Below, piece after piece: positions 24,133-35,743 of a stretch of 64,000 bases of DNA (the first letter of the stretch is position 1; the number at the start of each line of letters is the position of its first letter). Made by a program: the position numbers and the translations under genes. The stretch comes from an uncultured Collinsella sp. (lineage in GTDB: Bacteria > Actinomycetota > Coriobacteriia > Coriobacteriales > Coriobacteriaceae). The notes beneath the pieces are model-generated. The model was not told the DNA's origin. It was given only the letters and a program-made list of their open reading frames with translations, and searched no databases. The stretch spans positions 19,970 through 83,969 of the forward strand of contig CABTWP010000001.1 in NCBI GenBank assembly GCA_902488525.1. The letters run 5' to 3'.

Positions 24133-24588
24133 CTAGAGGAGGTTGAGGGGGAGCTGGGGGGCGTCTCCCCAGAGTTTCTCGAGGCGGTAGAAGTCGCGGG
24201 CTTCGGGAGTGAAGACGTGGACGACAACCGAACCGTAGTCCATGAGCATCCAAGTCTTCTGCTCGCGGCCCTCGATGGAGAACGGATGCTCGCCGCAAGC
24301 CTCGGCGACCTTCTCCTCAATTTCATCGACGATCGAATCAACCTGGCGGTTGTTGGTGCCGGTAGCAAGGACAAAGTAGTCGCACACGTCGGAGAGCTCG
24401 GTCAGGTCGAGCACCTGAACGTCCTCGCCCTTCTTGTCGTAGGCGGCTTGTGCGGCAGCGCGGGCGACATCCTCGGCGGCGACACCGCTCGCGGACAGCG
24501 AGGCGGCAGTACGGTCGGACGTGGCAACGAAACTCTTGTGCTCCACAGCCTTAAGAATCTGCTCGTCGGTCATGGTCTCATCGGCCAT
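24133..24588 (-). CDS. rsfS: Ribosome silencing factor
   Basis: DKKGEDV, DYFVLATG, WMLMDYGSVVVHVF, FYRLEKLW. Confidence 0.95.
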   Translation of the reverse strand: MADETMTDEQILKAVEHKSFVATSDRTAASLSASGVAAEDVARAAAQAAYDKKGEDVQVLDLTELSDVCDYFVLATGTNNRQVDSIVDEIEEKVAEACGEHPFSIEGREQKTWMLMDYGSVVVHVFTPEARDFYRLEKLWGDAPQLPLNLL

Positions 24589-24615
24589 GGAATACCTCTT
24601 TCTAGACAGCCCAAG

Positions 24616-25224
24616 CTAGCGCAGCTGGGCGTAATGGTTGTAAATCGTAATAGCCGTGGGATAAAGATAACGCCCGGACTGGATCACATAGACCAGACCC
24701 TGCGCAAAACAGGAGAAGAACAACTCGTCGAGCGAGGACTTCCCCACCATCTTGCGCAGCGCATGGGCATAGTCACCGTGGCGGTTGGGTTCGATGGCAT
24801 CGGCAACAAAGACCACCATATCGAGCGGCGTCATGTCGCAAGCGCCCACGGTGTGACGGTCGACAGCCTGAAAGACTGCCGGAGACAGATCGGGAAAAAG
24901 CTGCGGAAGCTCATAGGCGGCAACCGGGCCATGCAAAAGCGGCGTCGCGGCAGACGGAGAGCCGGCAATCTTAATGCCGTAATGCAGAGCGCGCGTGACC
25001 AGCTCGTCGTCGGAGAGCACCTTGTCCCAGTCATGGATCAGGCCGGCGGCAGCGGCATCAAAGCGGTCGACACCGTACACCTCGGCTAGGTGCAACGCCG
25101 TCTCGGCAACCCCGAGCGAATGCACGTAGCGCTTACGCTTATCCTTCATGCGCACATCGAGCAACTCGTGGATACGCGTCAAGAGCGCACGCTCATCGCC
25201 CTCAAACTGATCTTCTACCGACAA
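24616..25224 (-). CDS. yqeK: HD-domain Ap4A hydrolase, YqeK family
   Basis: RYVHSLGV, LIHDWDK, VADAIEP; nadD-yqeK-rsfS context. Confidence 0.88.
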   Translation of the reverse strand: MSVEDQFEGDERALLTRIHELLDVRMKDKRKRYVHSLGVAETALHLAEVYGVDRFDAAAAGLIHDWDKVLSDDELVTRALHYGIKIAGSPSAATPLLHGPVAAYELPQLFPDLSPAVFQAVDRHTVGACDMTPLDMVVFVADAIEPNRHGDYAHALRKMVGKSSLDELFFSCFAQGLVYVIQSGRYLYPTAITIYNHYAQLR

Positions 25225-25236
25225 CGTTCTCCCCCA

Positions 25237-25914
25237 TCAATCAAAATCGTCTTGCCCAAGATCGGCATACAGACCGCGTTTACGGATATAGCCGAGCACA
25301 GACTCGCTCGTAAGATAGCGCACGCTCATGCCGCGGGCAACTCGCTTACGAATGTTCGTCGAGCTGATCGCCAGCGCCGGAATCTGAATATAACGCACGT
25401 CGAATGGCAGCCCCGATTCCTTAATTCGCGCCCGGGCCGTATCGATGTCAAAGCCGGGTCGTGTCGCAGCAATAAAGGTTGCCAGTTCGGCAATCTCATC
25501 AGCATTGTGCCAGGTCACAATATCGATAATCGCATCGGCACCCGTAATAAAGTAAAGCTTCACCTGTGGCGGGTAAAACTCGCGAAGGGCATGTAGCGTA
25601 TCGGCTGTATAGGTGACACCGGCACGATCTATCTCGAAGCGGCTTGCCAAAAAGGCCGGGTTCGCAGCAGTGGCGAGGACCGTCATGGCATAACGGTCCT
25701 CAGCAGGCGTCACCGGTTTGTCAAGCTTAAAGGCGGGAGAGCCGGCCGGCATAAAAAGCACAGCGTCCAAGTCGAGCGATTCGCGAGCCTGCTCGGCGGT
25801 AACCAAGTGCCCGTAATGAATCGGGTCAAAGGTGCCGCCCATAATGCCAAGCCGAAACTCATGCCCATCCTTGATGGGCAGCTCGGGCAATCCGATTCCA
25901 CCTCGCAGCGACAT
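25237..25914 (-). CDS. nadD: Nicotinate-nucleotide adenylyltransferase
   Basis: GGTFDPIHYGHL, FITGAD, ISSTNIR. Confidence 0.96.
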   Translation of the reverse strand: MSLRGGIGLPELPIKDGHEFRLGIMGGTFDPIHYGHLVTAEQARESLDLDAVLFMPAGSPAFKLDKPVTPAEDRYAMTVLATAANPAFLASRFEIDRAGVTYTADTLHALREFYPPQVKLYFITGADAIIDIVTWHNADEIAELATFIAATRPGFDIDTARARIKESGLPFDVRYIQIPALAISSTNIRKRVARGMSVRYLTSESVLGYIRKRGLYADLGQDDFD

Positions 25915-25917
25915 GGC

Positions 25918-27396
<1,479 letters not shown>

Positions 27397-27468
27397 CTAC
27401 AAAAAGAGGGAGACCCTTGAATCCTAAAACTCAAGTGCCTCCCACATATGTGCTCTATGAAGGGTGAA

Positions 27469-27726
27469 TTACGCGTTCGCGAGCGGGCGTACGCTGACCC
27501 TGTGCTTGATACCCTTGTGGAACTCAACGGTACCGTCGACCAGCGCGAACAGCGTGTCGTCCTTACCACGGCCAACGTTCTCACCCGGGTGGATGTGCGT
27601 GCCGTGCTGACGGACGAGAATCGTGCCCGTGGTTACCGTCTGGCCGGCATAGCGCTTCGTGCCAAGGCGCTGACCGCGGGAGTCACGGCCATTACGGGAG
27701 GAACCGAGTCCTTTTTTGTGTGCCAT
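27469..27726 (-). CDS. rpmA: 50S ribosomal protein L27
   Basis: [16 protein letters not shown]. Confidence 0.98.
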   Translation of the reverse strand: MAHKKGLGSSRNGRDSRGQRLGTKRYAGQTVTTGTILVRQHGTHIHPGENVGRGKDDTLFALVDGTVEFHKGIKHRVSVRPLANA

Positions 27727-27759
27727 TGTGTATACCTACTCTTTCGTTACGAGTGTAAT

Positions 27760-28134
27760 CTACTCGGCGACGGGAGCCTCGGCAACAGCCTCGGCCTCTG
27801 CCTTGACAGCCTTCTTGGCGCGGGACGTAGCCTGGACCTTCACGATCTTCAGCTTGGTGAGCTGCTGACGATGACCCTTCAGACGACGATAGCGCTTACG
27901 CTTGTGGAACTTGAAGACCAGCTGCTTCTCGCCCTTGAACTGCTCAACGATCTGAGCGGTAACCTTGGCCTTGGCCAGCTTGTCGGGATCGGTGACGATC
28001 TTCTTACCATCGTTGAGGAAGATAACCGGCAGGGTGACCTTGTCGCCCTCATTGCCCTCGATCTTCTCGACGGTGATGACATCGTCGGTGGCGACCTTGT
28101 ACTGCTTGCCGCCCGTGTTAACGATTGCGTACAT
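27760..28134 (-). CDS. rplU: 50S ribosomal protein L21
   Basis: MYAIVNTGGKQYKV, GHRQQLT. Confidence 0.97.
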   Translation of the reverse strand: MYAIVNTGGKQYKVATDDVITVEKIEGNEGDKVTLPVIFLNDGKKIVTDPDKLAKAKVTAQIVEQFKGEKQLVFKFHKRKRYRRLKGHRQQLTKLKIVKVQATSRAKKAVKAEAEAVAEAPVAE

Positions 28135-28201
28135 GTTTACTTGCCCTTCATGCATCAGTTAGTGCAACAGCCGAATATAGTAGCAGGCGAAAATACCCCC
28201 G

Positions 28202-29014
28202 TCAACGAGTATGTGGAGCAAATCCACAAGTTCGCACAGGTATGGGGCTGACGAGTCGGCCCTCGTCGTCCTCGCATGCTTGATTCTGACGCTCGACATC
28301 GTAGGAGCAGATGGTCACGAGGTCTTGCATACCGGTGGAAACAATAGGTGCATCCACGCCCGGGGTCAAGCCCTGCAACAAAACATCAGCAGCAGAAAGC
28401 AAAATTTCCGGACGCATAGAGCCCTCGTTGTCGGCATGGGTGTCGAGCATGAGAACCAAATGGTCCGGGCGCTCCCCCGCCGTGAGCTCATAGCCAACGA
28501 GCGTGTGATCCAAATCCAAGCGCTTGCTCTTTTTGCCGCGCGCGTAGTCGATGCCATGATCCGCGCGCAGCGTGTCGATCGCACGACGCACCTCGTCGGC
28601 GCTTACGGGCGCCTCGGGATCCAGGTGTAAGTCGATGCGATACGACAGGCGCGTGAGCTGCGCCGTCAATGCCGGCGTGCGCACGTCGATGTACGCCGCC
28701 TCGATGGGCGCCAGATCGGCCGGAGACGCCGCAGCCAGGCGCTCAAACGCCTCGTCGAGCGCCACGAACTCGGTCATAAACAGGTCATACCACTCGCAGG
28801 TCGACGACGTACCCACCGGTAGCGCCGAAGAGAAGCCCACGCGCATGTGCGGGGAGAAGCCCTGCGTGACGGCATAGGGAAGTCCCGCACGGCGCACGAT
28901 GCGCTCAATGGTATGGATCACTTCGAGATGGCCCAGGTACTTAAGGCGATCGCGCTTGCCATAGCGAACACGAAGTCTAAAGAGCGTGGGGTTGTCGGTC
29001 AGGCGCTCACTCAT
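28202..29014 (-). CDS. Radical SAM-linked protein (TIGR03936/DUF2344-like)
   Basis: YLGHLE...RRAGLPYAVTQGFSPHMR...ALPVG; downstream of the radical SAM gene. Confidence 0.85.
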   Translation of the reverse strand: MSERLTDNPTLFRLRVRYGKRDRLKYLGHLEVIHTIERIVRRAGLPYAVTQGFSPHMRVGFSSALPVGTSSTCEWYDLFMTEFVALDEAFERLAAASPADLAPIEAAYIDVRTPALTAQLTRLSYRIDLHLDPEAPVSADEVRRAIDTLRADHGIDYARGKKSKRLDLDHTLVGYELTAGERPDHLVLMLDTHADNEGSMRPEILLSAADVLLQGLTPGVDAPIVSTGMQDLVTICSYDVERQNQACEDDEGRLVSPIPVRTCGFAPHTR

Positions 29015-30888
29015 GCGCGATCACCCATCAATACATTCTTGGCGTGGAGCGTGGGGCAGATCCCGCAGCCGGTGCACGACGTACGGGTGCAGTCGGGAGT
29101 CGTGACGCCCTCGAGCGAGCGACGGTACTCGCGCTCGAGGAAACCGCGCGTGCAGCCGGGGCTCACATGCTCCCACGGCAAACGCCAATCCAACTCGTAG
29201 GGCAGGTGCACGAGTTCATTGAGGTCGATGCCGTTTTTGGCAGCAGCTTCCTTCCAGTTATCGAGCGAGAAATGCTCTACCCAGGCGTCAAAGCGAGAAC
29301 CCGAGCGCCAAGCATCGATGATGACGGGCGTCATGTCGCGACCGGCGCGGGACAGCGCGGCCTCGATGAGCGAAGTCTCGGCATCGTGGTAATGCACGCG
29401 GACGGCACGGTTGCGAACGCTCGTGATAAGCAGCTTCTGGCGACGCTTGACGTCGTCGTAGTCGAGCTGCGGGCACCACTGGAACGGCGTGGCGGCCTTG
29501 GGGATAAAGACCGAAACCGAGATGGACACCGAGATCGAGCCGCGACGAGCCTTGGGCACCACGGAACGACCGAGCTCCAGCACGTGATCGGCCAGATTGG
29601 CGATGGCCACGATGTCCTCGTCGCGCTCGCCGGGAAGGCCCATCATAAAGTAGAGCTTCATGCGGTTCCAGCCGGCCTCGAAGGCCGCCTTGGCCGCACG
29701 GTCCAGGTCCTCCTCGGTCACGTTCTTGTTAATGATGTCGCGCATGCGCTGGCTGCCGGCCTCGGGCGCGAACGTCAGTCCGCCCTTCTTTTCGCCGGCG
29801 ACCGACTCGGCCATATCCACGCCAAACGAATCCAGGCGCTGCGACGGAATAGACACGCGAATACCCGTATCCTCCAGGCGACGGTTGAGCCTGCCGAGCA
29901 CGTCGCGAATGCAGGAATGGTCGGTCGTGGAGAGCGAGGTCAGCGACACCTCGTCATAGCCGGTCTTTTCCAGACCGTGAATCACCGACGAGACGATCTG
30001 GTCGGCCGAGCGCTCGCGCACCGGGCGATACGTCATGCCGGCCTGACAAAAACGACAGCCGCGGGCGCAGCCGCGCAGGATCTCGATAGACAGGCGGTCG
30101 TGAACCAGCTGCGCATAGGGCACGCACGACTGCGACAGCGGATTCGTGGCGCCGAAATCCTCGACGACGCGCTTGTAGACCACGGTCGGCGCATCCTTGC
30201 CCTCACGCGGCACGGTGTAGCCATGCGGCGAGCAAGGCTCGTCGTGACGAACCTCATAGAGTGACGGCACGTAGTTGCCGGCAATAGATGCAAGCTGCTC
30301 GACAATCTGCGCGCGCGGGACTCCTTCGTCACGCAGGCGGCGATGCAGCTGGCAGGTCTCGAGCAGCGATTCCTCGCCCTCACCGATGAGGATAACATCG
30401 AAGAAGGCCGCGTACGGCTCGGGGTTGTACACCGAGGGGCCGCCGGCGATGATAATGGGGTCGTCCTCGGTGCGGTCGGCCGCTAACAGCGGAATGCCAG
30501 CGAGGTCGAGTGCCTCGAGGAAGTTCGTCACCGCCATCTCGTGCGGCACATGCAGGCCGACGATATCGAACGAAGCGACCGGCGCTGCACCCTCGAGCGA
30601 GAGCAGCGGAATGCCCGCCTCGCGCATGGCGTCACCCATATCGGGCCACGGCACATAGCCGCGCTCGCAGGAGATGCCCTCGGCCTGGTTAAGGATGTTG
30701 TAGAGGATGGCGATACCCTGGTTGGGCAGACCGACCTCGTACACATCCGGGTAGATCAGGCAGCAACGGTAGTCGGCATCGGCCTTGGAAAGCGTGCCCC
30801 ACTCGTGATCGATATAGCGGCTCGGCTTCTCGACCTTGGCGAGCAACGGCTCAATTAAATGAAAACAATCTTGGTATGCAACGCGCAA
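29011..30888 (-). CDS. B12-binding radical SAM protein (TIGR03960-like)
   Basis: VEKPSRY, YPDVYEVG, RGCARGCRFC, LTFAPEAGS. Confidence 0.9.
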   Translation of the reverse strand: MRVAYQDCFHLIEPLLAKVEKPSRYIDHEWGTLSKADADYRCCLIYPDVYEVGLPNQGIAILYNILNQAEGISCERGYVPWPDMGDAMREAGIPLLSLEGAAPVASFDIVGLHVPHEMAVTNFLEALDLAGIPLLAADRTEDDPIIIAGGPSVYNPEPYAAFFDVILIGEGEESLLETCQLHRRLRDEGVPRAQIVEQLASIAGNYVPSLYEVRHDEPCSPHGYTVPREGKDAPTVVYKRVVEDFGATNPLSQSCVPYAQLVHDRLSIEILRGCARGCRFCQAGMTYRPVRERSADQIVSSVIHGLEKTGYDEVSLTSLSTTDHSCIRDVLGRLNRRLEDTGIRVSIPSQRLDSFGVDMAESVAGEKKGGLTFAPEAGSQRMRDIINKNVTEEDLDRAAKAAFEAGWNRMKLYFMMGLPGERDEDIVAIANLADHVLELGRSVVPKARRGSISVSISVSVFIPKAATPFQWCPQLDYDDVKRRQKLLITSVRNRAVRVHYHDAETSLIEAALSRAGRDMTPVIIDAWRSGSRFDAWVEHFSLDNWKEAAAKNGIDLNELVHLPYELDWRLPWEHVSPGCTRGFLEREYRRSLEGVTTPDCTRTSCTGCGICPTLHAKNVLMGDRA

Positions 30889-30898
30889 CGGAAAACCC

Positions 30899-31828
30899 CT
30901 AAGCAGCGAGATCTGATGCGTCCTGATAGGACGCCATAGGACGGGTAGCGCCCGCGACCGTGGTCACCAGATCGCGAACGCGGGAGAACGTGGCAGTGAC
31001 CACCTCGTTGGCAAGGCTGTAGTCGACATCGCGCTCGTAGAGCGAAACGAGCGCACGGCCCATGCCATAGGTGCCCGCGGCAGCAGTGAGCGCCTTGACG
31101 GCAAACCCAATATGCGGCGTCTGCTTGACGAGCGCGCGGGTGACCGCGCGGATCACAAGACCGCCGGCAAGCACGCCCGCGACCTCGTAGCCGCGCTCGG
31201 GCTTAATACCGCGTCCAAAGACGGCAGCGAGCTCAAAGAGCATGCCCACCTGCGCCAGCGCCATAACGGGATAATCGGCGCCCGGCAAAAACACCAGCGC
31301 ACCGGTCGCCATATTGGTGAGCGCGCACGAGGTGATGATACGATTGGCCGCCGCGATGCGCATGAAGGCAAAGTTCGCCGCAAAAGCCGTTTCCTTGTCG
31401 GTGCGATCGAGAATCCAGCGGGCAAGCGTCTCGAGCAGATACGTCTTATCGGTTGCCGCTACCACGCCGAGCATGGGCGTGGACTCCTCGATAAACGGCA
31501 CCTCCACAGCAGACTCGGCAAGCACGCACACGGGCGCGCCGGCGATCACGAGCTCCTGCACGGCACTCTCCAAGCGGTCGGAACCACACGAGAGCACCAG
31601 CACCACATCGGTATCGGTCTTTGGAGCAATTCGCTCCTCCCCCAGACGCTCGACGCGCACAATACCCGAGGTCGTCTGCGGCACAAAGGCGTCACGCACC
31701 GTCTCGGCAAGAAAGCGCGAGGCGGACGAATCCAGATAGACCGAGACGCGCACCGGCGTATCGGAATCCTTCTTAACGGACGCGCCCATCTTAAAAGCGC
31801 GGGTCAGCTTATCTACGGGAATTTTCAT
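30899..31828 (-). CDS. Hypothetical protein (DUF697-like C-terminal hydrophobic region)
   Basis: 309-aa ORF fitting the operon; hydrophobic C-terminal half. Confidence 0.6.
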   Translation of the reverse strand: MKIPVDKLTRAFKMGASVKKDSDTPVRVSVYLDSSASRFLAETVRDAFVPQTTSGIVRVERLGEERIAPKTDTDVVLVLSCGSDRLESAVQELVIAGAPVCVLAESAVEVPFIEESTPMLGVVAATDKTYLLETLARWILDRTDKETAFAANFAFMRIAAANRIITSCALTNMATGALVFLPGADYPVMALAQVGMLFELAAVFGRGIKPERGYEVAGVLAGGLVIRAVTRALVKQTPHIGFAVKALTAAAGTYGMGRALVSLYERDVDYSLANEVVTATFSRVRDLVTTVAGATRPMASYQDASDLAA

Positions 31829-31846
31829 AGCAAACCCCTCCAGCGG

Positions 31847-33073
31847 TTACGCGGCGCCCGAACGATGCCGCCATATGGATTGTACGATACCCACCGTCAG
31901 CAGCTGAATCATCATCGAAGACGAACCAAAGCTAATAAACGGTAGCGGAATACCGGTAATCGGCATCATGCCGATGCACATGCCGATGTTTTCGAAGGTC
32001 TGGAACGCCCACATGCCGACGATGCCCACACACGAAAGACGCAAAAACAGCGACTCGCACTTAAAGGCGACGCGAATCGTCGAAAAGATCAGCAGCACGT
32101 AGAGGCACAGGAGCAAAAAGGAACCGCAAAAGCCAAAGGTCTCGGACAGGAAGGCGAAGACGAAGTCGGTGTGGAACTCAGGCAGAAAGCCGCCGGCCGA
32201 CTGCGTCGCATGCCCCAGGCCCTTACCAAAGAAGCCGCCCGAGCCAACGGCGATAAGCGACTGCTGCAGGTTGTAGGCATCGTCCGAATCGGCATTATCG
32301 GGGTCGATAAAGACCGTCAGACGGTTCATCTGATACTGCTTGATGAGCACATCGTGGCCGAGCAACGAATCAAAGACCGAATCAAGCGCCAGGACGAGGG
32401 CCACCAGGCCCACGAGCAGGGCCAGGGTCGACAGCACCCATTCGCGGCGTGCACCGCTCATACAAATGACGATGGCGCCCGAAACCAGCACGACCAGGCC
32501 CGAGCCCAGGTCGCCCATGGCGACGACGGCCAAAAACGGAATGGACAGCATGCCGCAGAGCTTGACGTAGTCGCGAACGGTATCGATGCGGCCGTTATAC
32601 TGCGATCCAAGCGTAGCAATAAAGAAGATGGTGATGAGCTTGGCAAGCTCAACCGGCTGGAATGTCAAGCCGATACCGGGAATCTTGATCCAGCCCGTCA
32701 TGCCCAGACCGCCCGTATAGGACAGACCCGGAATCTTGGGCGAGAGGATCACGATCAGGTCGATGGCGAGCAACGCCGTCGAGAAATTGGAAATACCGCG
32801 CAGATCGGTACGCCAGACCAGCACCGCCAGCACCGCTCCGATGCCAATTCCCAGCAGATGGCGTGAGAACGAGGCATCGGCCTTAAACTGCGAAGCCGAC
32901 CAGATGATGATGGCACCGTAGGCGACGAGCGCCACAGTAGCCACGAGCACACCGATATGCACCTTTTGGCGAAACGTGCCGCGCGAGGCCGAAAGTTGCT
33001 TGTTGACGCGGTCCAGGCTGCTGCGAGAGCCGGTCTTGGTTGAACGGAACAGATCCGCCGGAGAAAAATCCAT
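31847..33073 (-). CDS. rodA: SEDS family rod shape-determining protein RodA
   Basis: FQPVELAK, GSGGFFGKG, PEFHTDFVF, PITGIPLPFISFG; follows mreBCD-pbp. Confidence 0.93.
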   Translation of the reverse strand: MDFSPADLFRSTKTGSRSSLDRVNKQLSASRGTFRQKVHIGVLVATVALVAYGAIIIWSASQFKADASFSRHLLGIGIGAVLAVLVWRTDLRGISNFSTALLAIDLIVILSPKIPGLSYTGGLGMTGWIKIPGIGLTFQPVELAKLITIFFIATLGSQYNGRIDTVRDYVKLCGMLSIPFLAVVAMGDLGSGLVVLVSGAIVICMSGARREWVLSTLALLVGLVALVLALDSVFDSLLGHDVLIKQYQMNRLTVFIDPDNADSDDAYNLQQSLIAVGSGGFFGKGLGHATQSAGGFLPEFHTDFVFAFLSETFGFCGSFLLLCLYVLLIFSTIRVAFKCESLFLRLSCVGIVGMWAFQTFENIGMCIGMMPITGIPLPFISFGSSSMMIQLLTVGIVQSIWRHRSGAA

Positions 33074-33082
33074 CGCAACCTC

Positions 33083-35152
33083 CTATCGAACCGAGGAATC
33101 GCCCGAGGCCGAAGAGGTATCGGGCTCGTCATAAATCACGCCGAGCACGTCGCGCACGACATGCATCGCGGTATCTGAGCCGCCGCCGCCCTGCTCCAGA
33201 ACAGTAGCGATGACATACTTGGGATCATCAGCCGGTGCATAGGCGCAGAACCACGCGTATTCGTCCTCGCCACTTTTCTCGCCCGTGCCCGACTTGCCGT
33301 ATACCTGCGGCGTCAGGGTGCCAAAGTGCGCCGCCAGTGACGTCGATGCCGTGTAAATCACGTCGTGCATGCCATTGCGAACTAGAGCCAAATCCAAATC
33401 GCTGTTGATCTTGGCCTCCAGACGCTTCTTCTTGCCCTTGCCGTTGTACTTATAGGCATCGCCGTCGCCATCGCGCGACACGGCGGACAAAAACACGTGA
33501 GGCACGTACTGTTTGCCGCCGTTGGCAAGACCCATATAGGCGCACGCCATCTGCAGGGGCGTCACCAGGATGTCGCCCTGGCCGATAGCAATGTTAGTCA
33601 TATCGCCGGCATTCCACTTGCGGTCCTCGGCAGAGGCGTCGGTAAAGTACGACTCTTTCCACTCGGCATCGGGAATACGACCCGCGCCCTCACTCGGCAG
33701 ATCGATACCGCATGTCTTGCCTAGGCCCCAGCGACGAAAGACCTCCTGCAGGCCCTCGGAATGTTTCTCGTCATAAAAGAACGCCTTGCCCATGTCGTAG
33801 AAGACGGGGTCGCACGAGTTGGCGATACCCGACTGCAGCGTCATGGTGCCGTGGCCGGAATGCAGCCAGCAGTACTTGCCCCACGACTTGCCCAGACCCG
33901 TCCAATAGCCCGTGCAGTTGGTCGTCTGCCCCGACGTGTAGGTTCCAAACTCAAGACCGGCCAGTGCCGAGAGCGGCTTGATGGTCGAAGCCGACATGTA
34001 CTGTCCGCTAATGGCGCGGTTGAGCAGCGGGTGCGAACCCTTGTCATCATTGAGCTCGGTCCACACGTCATTTGAGACGCCGCCGATAAAGACGGACGGA
34101 TCGAACTTGGGCTGGCTCGCCATGCCCAGGATCTCGCCATTGTTGGGATCGAGACACACCACAGCGCCGTTGCCGGCATTGCTGTAGCCAGTGGTCTTGG
34201 CAAGCTCGATAGCGCTCGCCAGCGCCGTCTCGCAGGCCTGCTGGATCTTAAGGTCGAGCGTGAGCTTAATGTCGGAGCCGGCCTTCGCAGGCACGGCACC
34301 GGCCTGACCGGTCACATTGCCCGAGGCATCGACCTTGACGGTCTGCTCGCCACGAATACCCTGCAGCAGGTTTTCGTAGTAGCTCTCAACGCCCGCCTGG
34401 CCCACGATATCGCCCGACTGGTACGCAATCTTGCCAGCAGAAGCATCATCATCGCCAGAGGTTTTCTTATTCTGGGCCTCGAGCTGCTCGGAGGTAATGG
34501 TGCCGGTATAGCCCAAGATATGGCATGCCGTCTCGCCATATGGATACTGGCGCTCGGTACGCTCGGCAATCTTGACGCCCGGGAACTCGCCGGCGTGTTC
34601 CTTGATATAGGCAACCGTGGAGCGACGGACGTCCGTCGCGATGGTATGCAGGCTCTGAGCGCCTTCTGTATTGTCCTGAATATTGCGAAGGACCGCCACG
34701 TAAGGCATTCCAAGCACGTTGGCAAGATGGCGAACCAGAACCTCATCCTCGGCAAGGTCGCGGTAGGCCACGACAGCAAGTGAGGGACGGTTCTGGACAA
34801 GCGCCACGCCATTGCGGTCGAGGATGCGGCCGCGTACAGCGGGAGTGGTAACGGTGCGAGTCTGATTGCTATTAGCCTGCTTCTCGTAATAGTCCGACGA
34901 GACCATCTGCATGCCCCACAGCTTGACGGCAAGCGCCGCAAACATCGCGCCCACACCCGTGGTGAGGATGGAAAAACGGCCCTTAAAGGCGGTCGCCGCG
35001 GTATTGCCCTCGCCCTCGGTGGCGCGCGGGGTCGTTCCATGCTGCGTATCGTAGGTAAAACGGGAATCGCCGCGACGCATGATGACCAGCGCGACCACGA
35101 TGGCCACAACCAGCACGATACCGGCGATAATAACCGTCAACTGGGAAGACAT
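33083..35152 (-). CDS. mrdA: Penicillin-binding protein 2 (class B)
   Basis: RGRILDRNG, SxxK (STIK), KSGTG; mre operon. Confidence 0.92.
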   Translation of the reverse strand: MSSQLTVIIAGIVLVVAIVVALVIMRRGDSRFTYDTQHGTTPRATEGEGNTAATAFKGRFSILTTGVGAMFAALAVKLWGMQMVSSDYYEKQANSNQTRTVTTPAVRGRILDRNGVALVQNRPSLAVVAYRDLAEDEVLVRHLANVLGMPYVAVLRNIQDNTEGAQSLHTIATDVRRSTVAYIKEHAGEFPGVKIAERTERQYPYGETACHILGYTGTITSEQLEAQNKKTSGDDDASAGKIAYQSGDIVGQAGVESYYENLLQGIRGEQTVKVDASGNVTGQAGAVPAKAGSDIKLTLDLKIQQACETALASAIELAKTTGYSNAGNGAVVCLDPNNGEILGMASQPKFDPSVFIGGVSNDVWTELNDDKGSHPLLNRAISGQYMSASTIKPLSALAGLEFGTYTSGQTTNCTGYWTGLGKSWGKYCWLHSGHGTMTLQSGIANSCDPVFYDMGKAFFYDEKHSEGLQEVFRRWGLGKTCGIDLPSEGAGRIPDAEWKESYFTDASAEDRKWNAGDMTNIAIGQGDILVTPLQMACAYMGLANGGKQYVPHVFLSAVSRDGDGDAYKYNGKGKKKRLEAKINSDLDLALVRNGMHDVIYTASTSLAAHFGTLTPQVYGKSGTGEKSGEDEYAWFCAYAPADDPKYVIATVLEQGGGGSDTAMHVVRDVLGVIYDEPDTSSASGDSSVR

Positions 35153-35165
35153 CTACGGGCCTCCC

Positions 35166-35738
35166 CTATTTGAGCTTGCGGGTCTTGGGCTTAAAGCGCA
35201 TACCCGTCTGGCGTCCGCCACGTGCGGAGAATCCATAGCCGGACTGCGGCACGACGCCGGACATCAAAAACGGAATGGCAACCAGACCCGTCAGGATCGA
35301 GGACGGCAGCGCATGGCCGAAGATCGCCACGACAAAGCTCGTCTCCAAACCCATAAACAGCAAGATGATGCTGTAAATCACATTAATGACGAGCGCAAAG
35401 GCGCCCACAGTGACGCCGCGCGCACTCGGGGTACCGCCCGTCTGACCGACGGCGCTGTGCACCAGAGCAAAAGAACCCACGGTCAGCAGGAGCGACATAA
35501 CGCCCACCGGCACGGCAGCGGACAGGTCATAGAACAAGCCGCTGCAAAAACCGCACACGACGGCACGGGTCGGGTCGCCCGAGAACACGCTTAGGCACAC
35601 CAGGATAATCATGAAGTTGACGCGACCGCCCGCAATGGAGATCTGCGGTGCCAGGCCTGCCTGCAGCAGCACGCACACGATGGCGGCGATTACAAACGTG
35701 CGGGAGCTCATCCCCTGCTCGTGTAGATCCATGGACAT
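35166..35738 (-). CDS. mreD: Rod shape-determining protein MreD
   Basis: Hydrophobic protein with GLFYDL between mreC and pbp. Confidence 0.85.
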   Translation of the reverse strand: MSMDLHEQGMSSRTFVIAAIVCVLLQAGLAPQISIAGGRVNFMIILVCLSVFSGDPTRAVVCGFCSGLFYDLSAAVPVGVMSLLLTVGSFALVHSAVGQTGGTPSARGVTVGAFALVINVIYSIILLFMGLETSFVVAIFGHALPSSILTGLVAIPFLMSGVVPQSGYGFSARGGRQTGMRFKPKTRKLK

Positions 35739-35743
35739 GCCCC

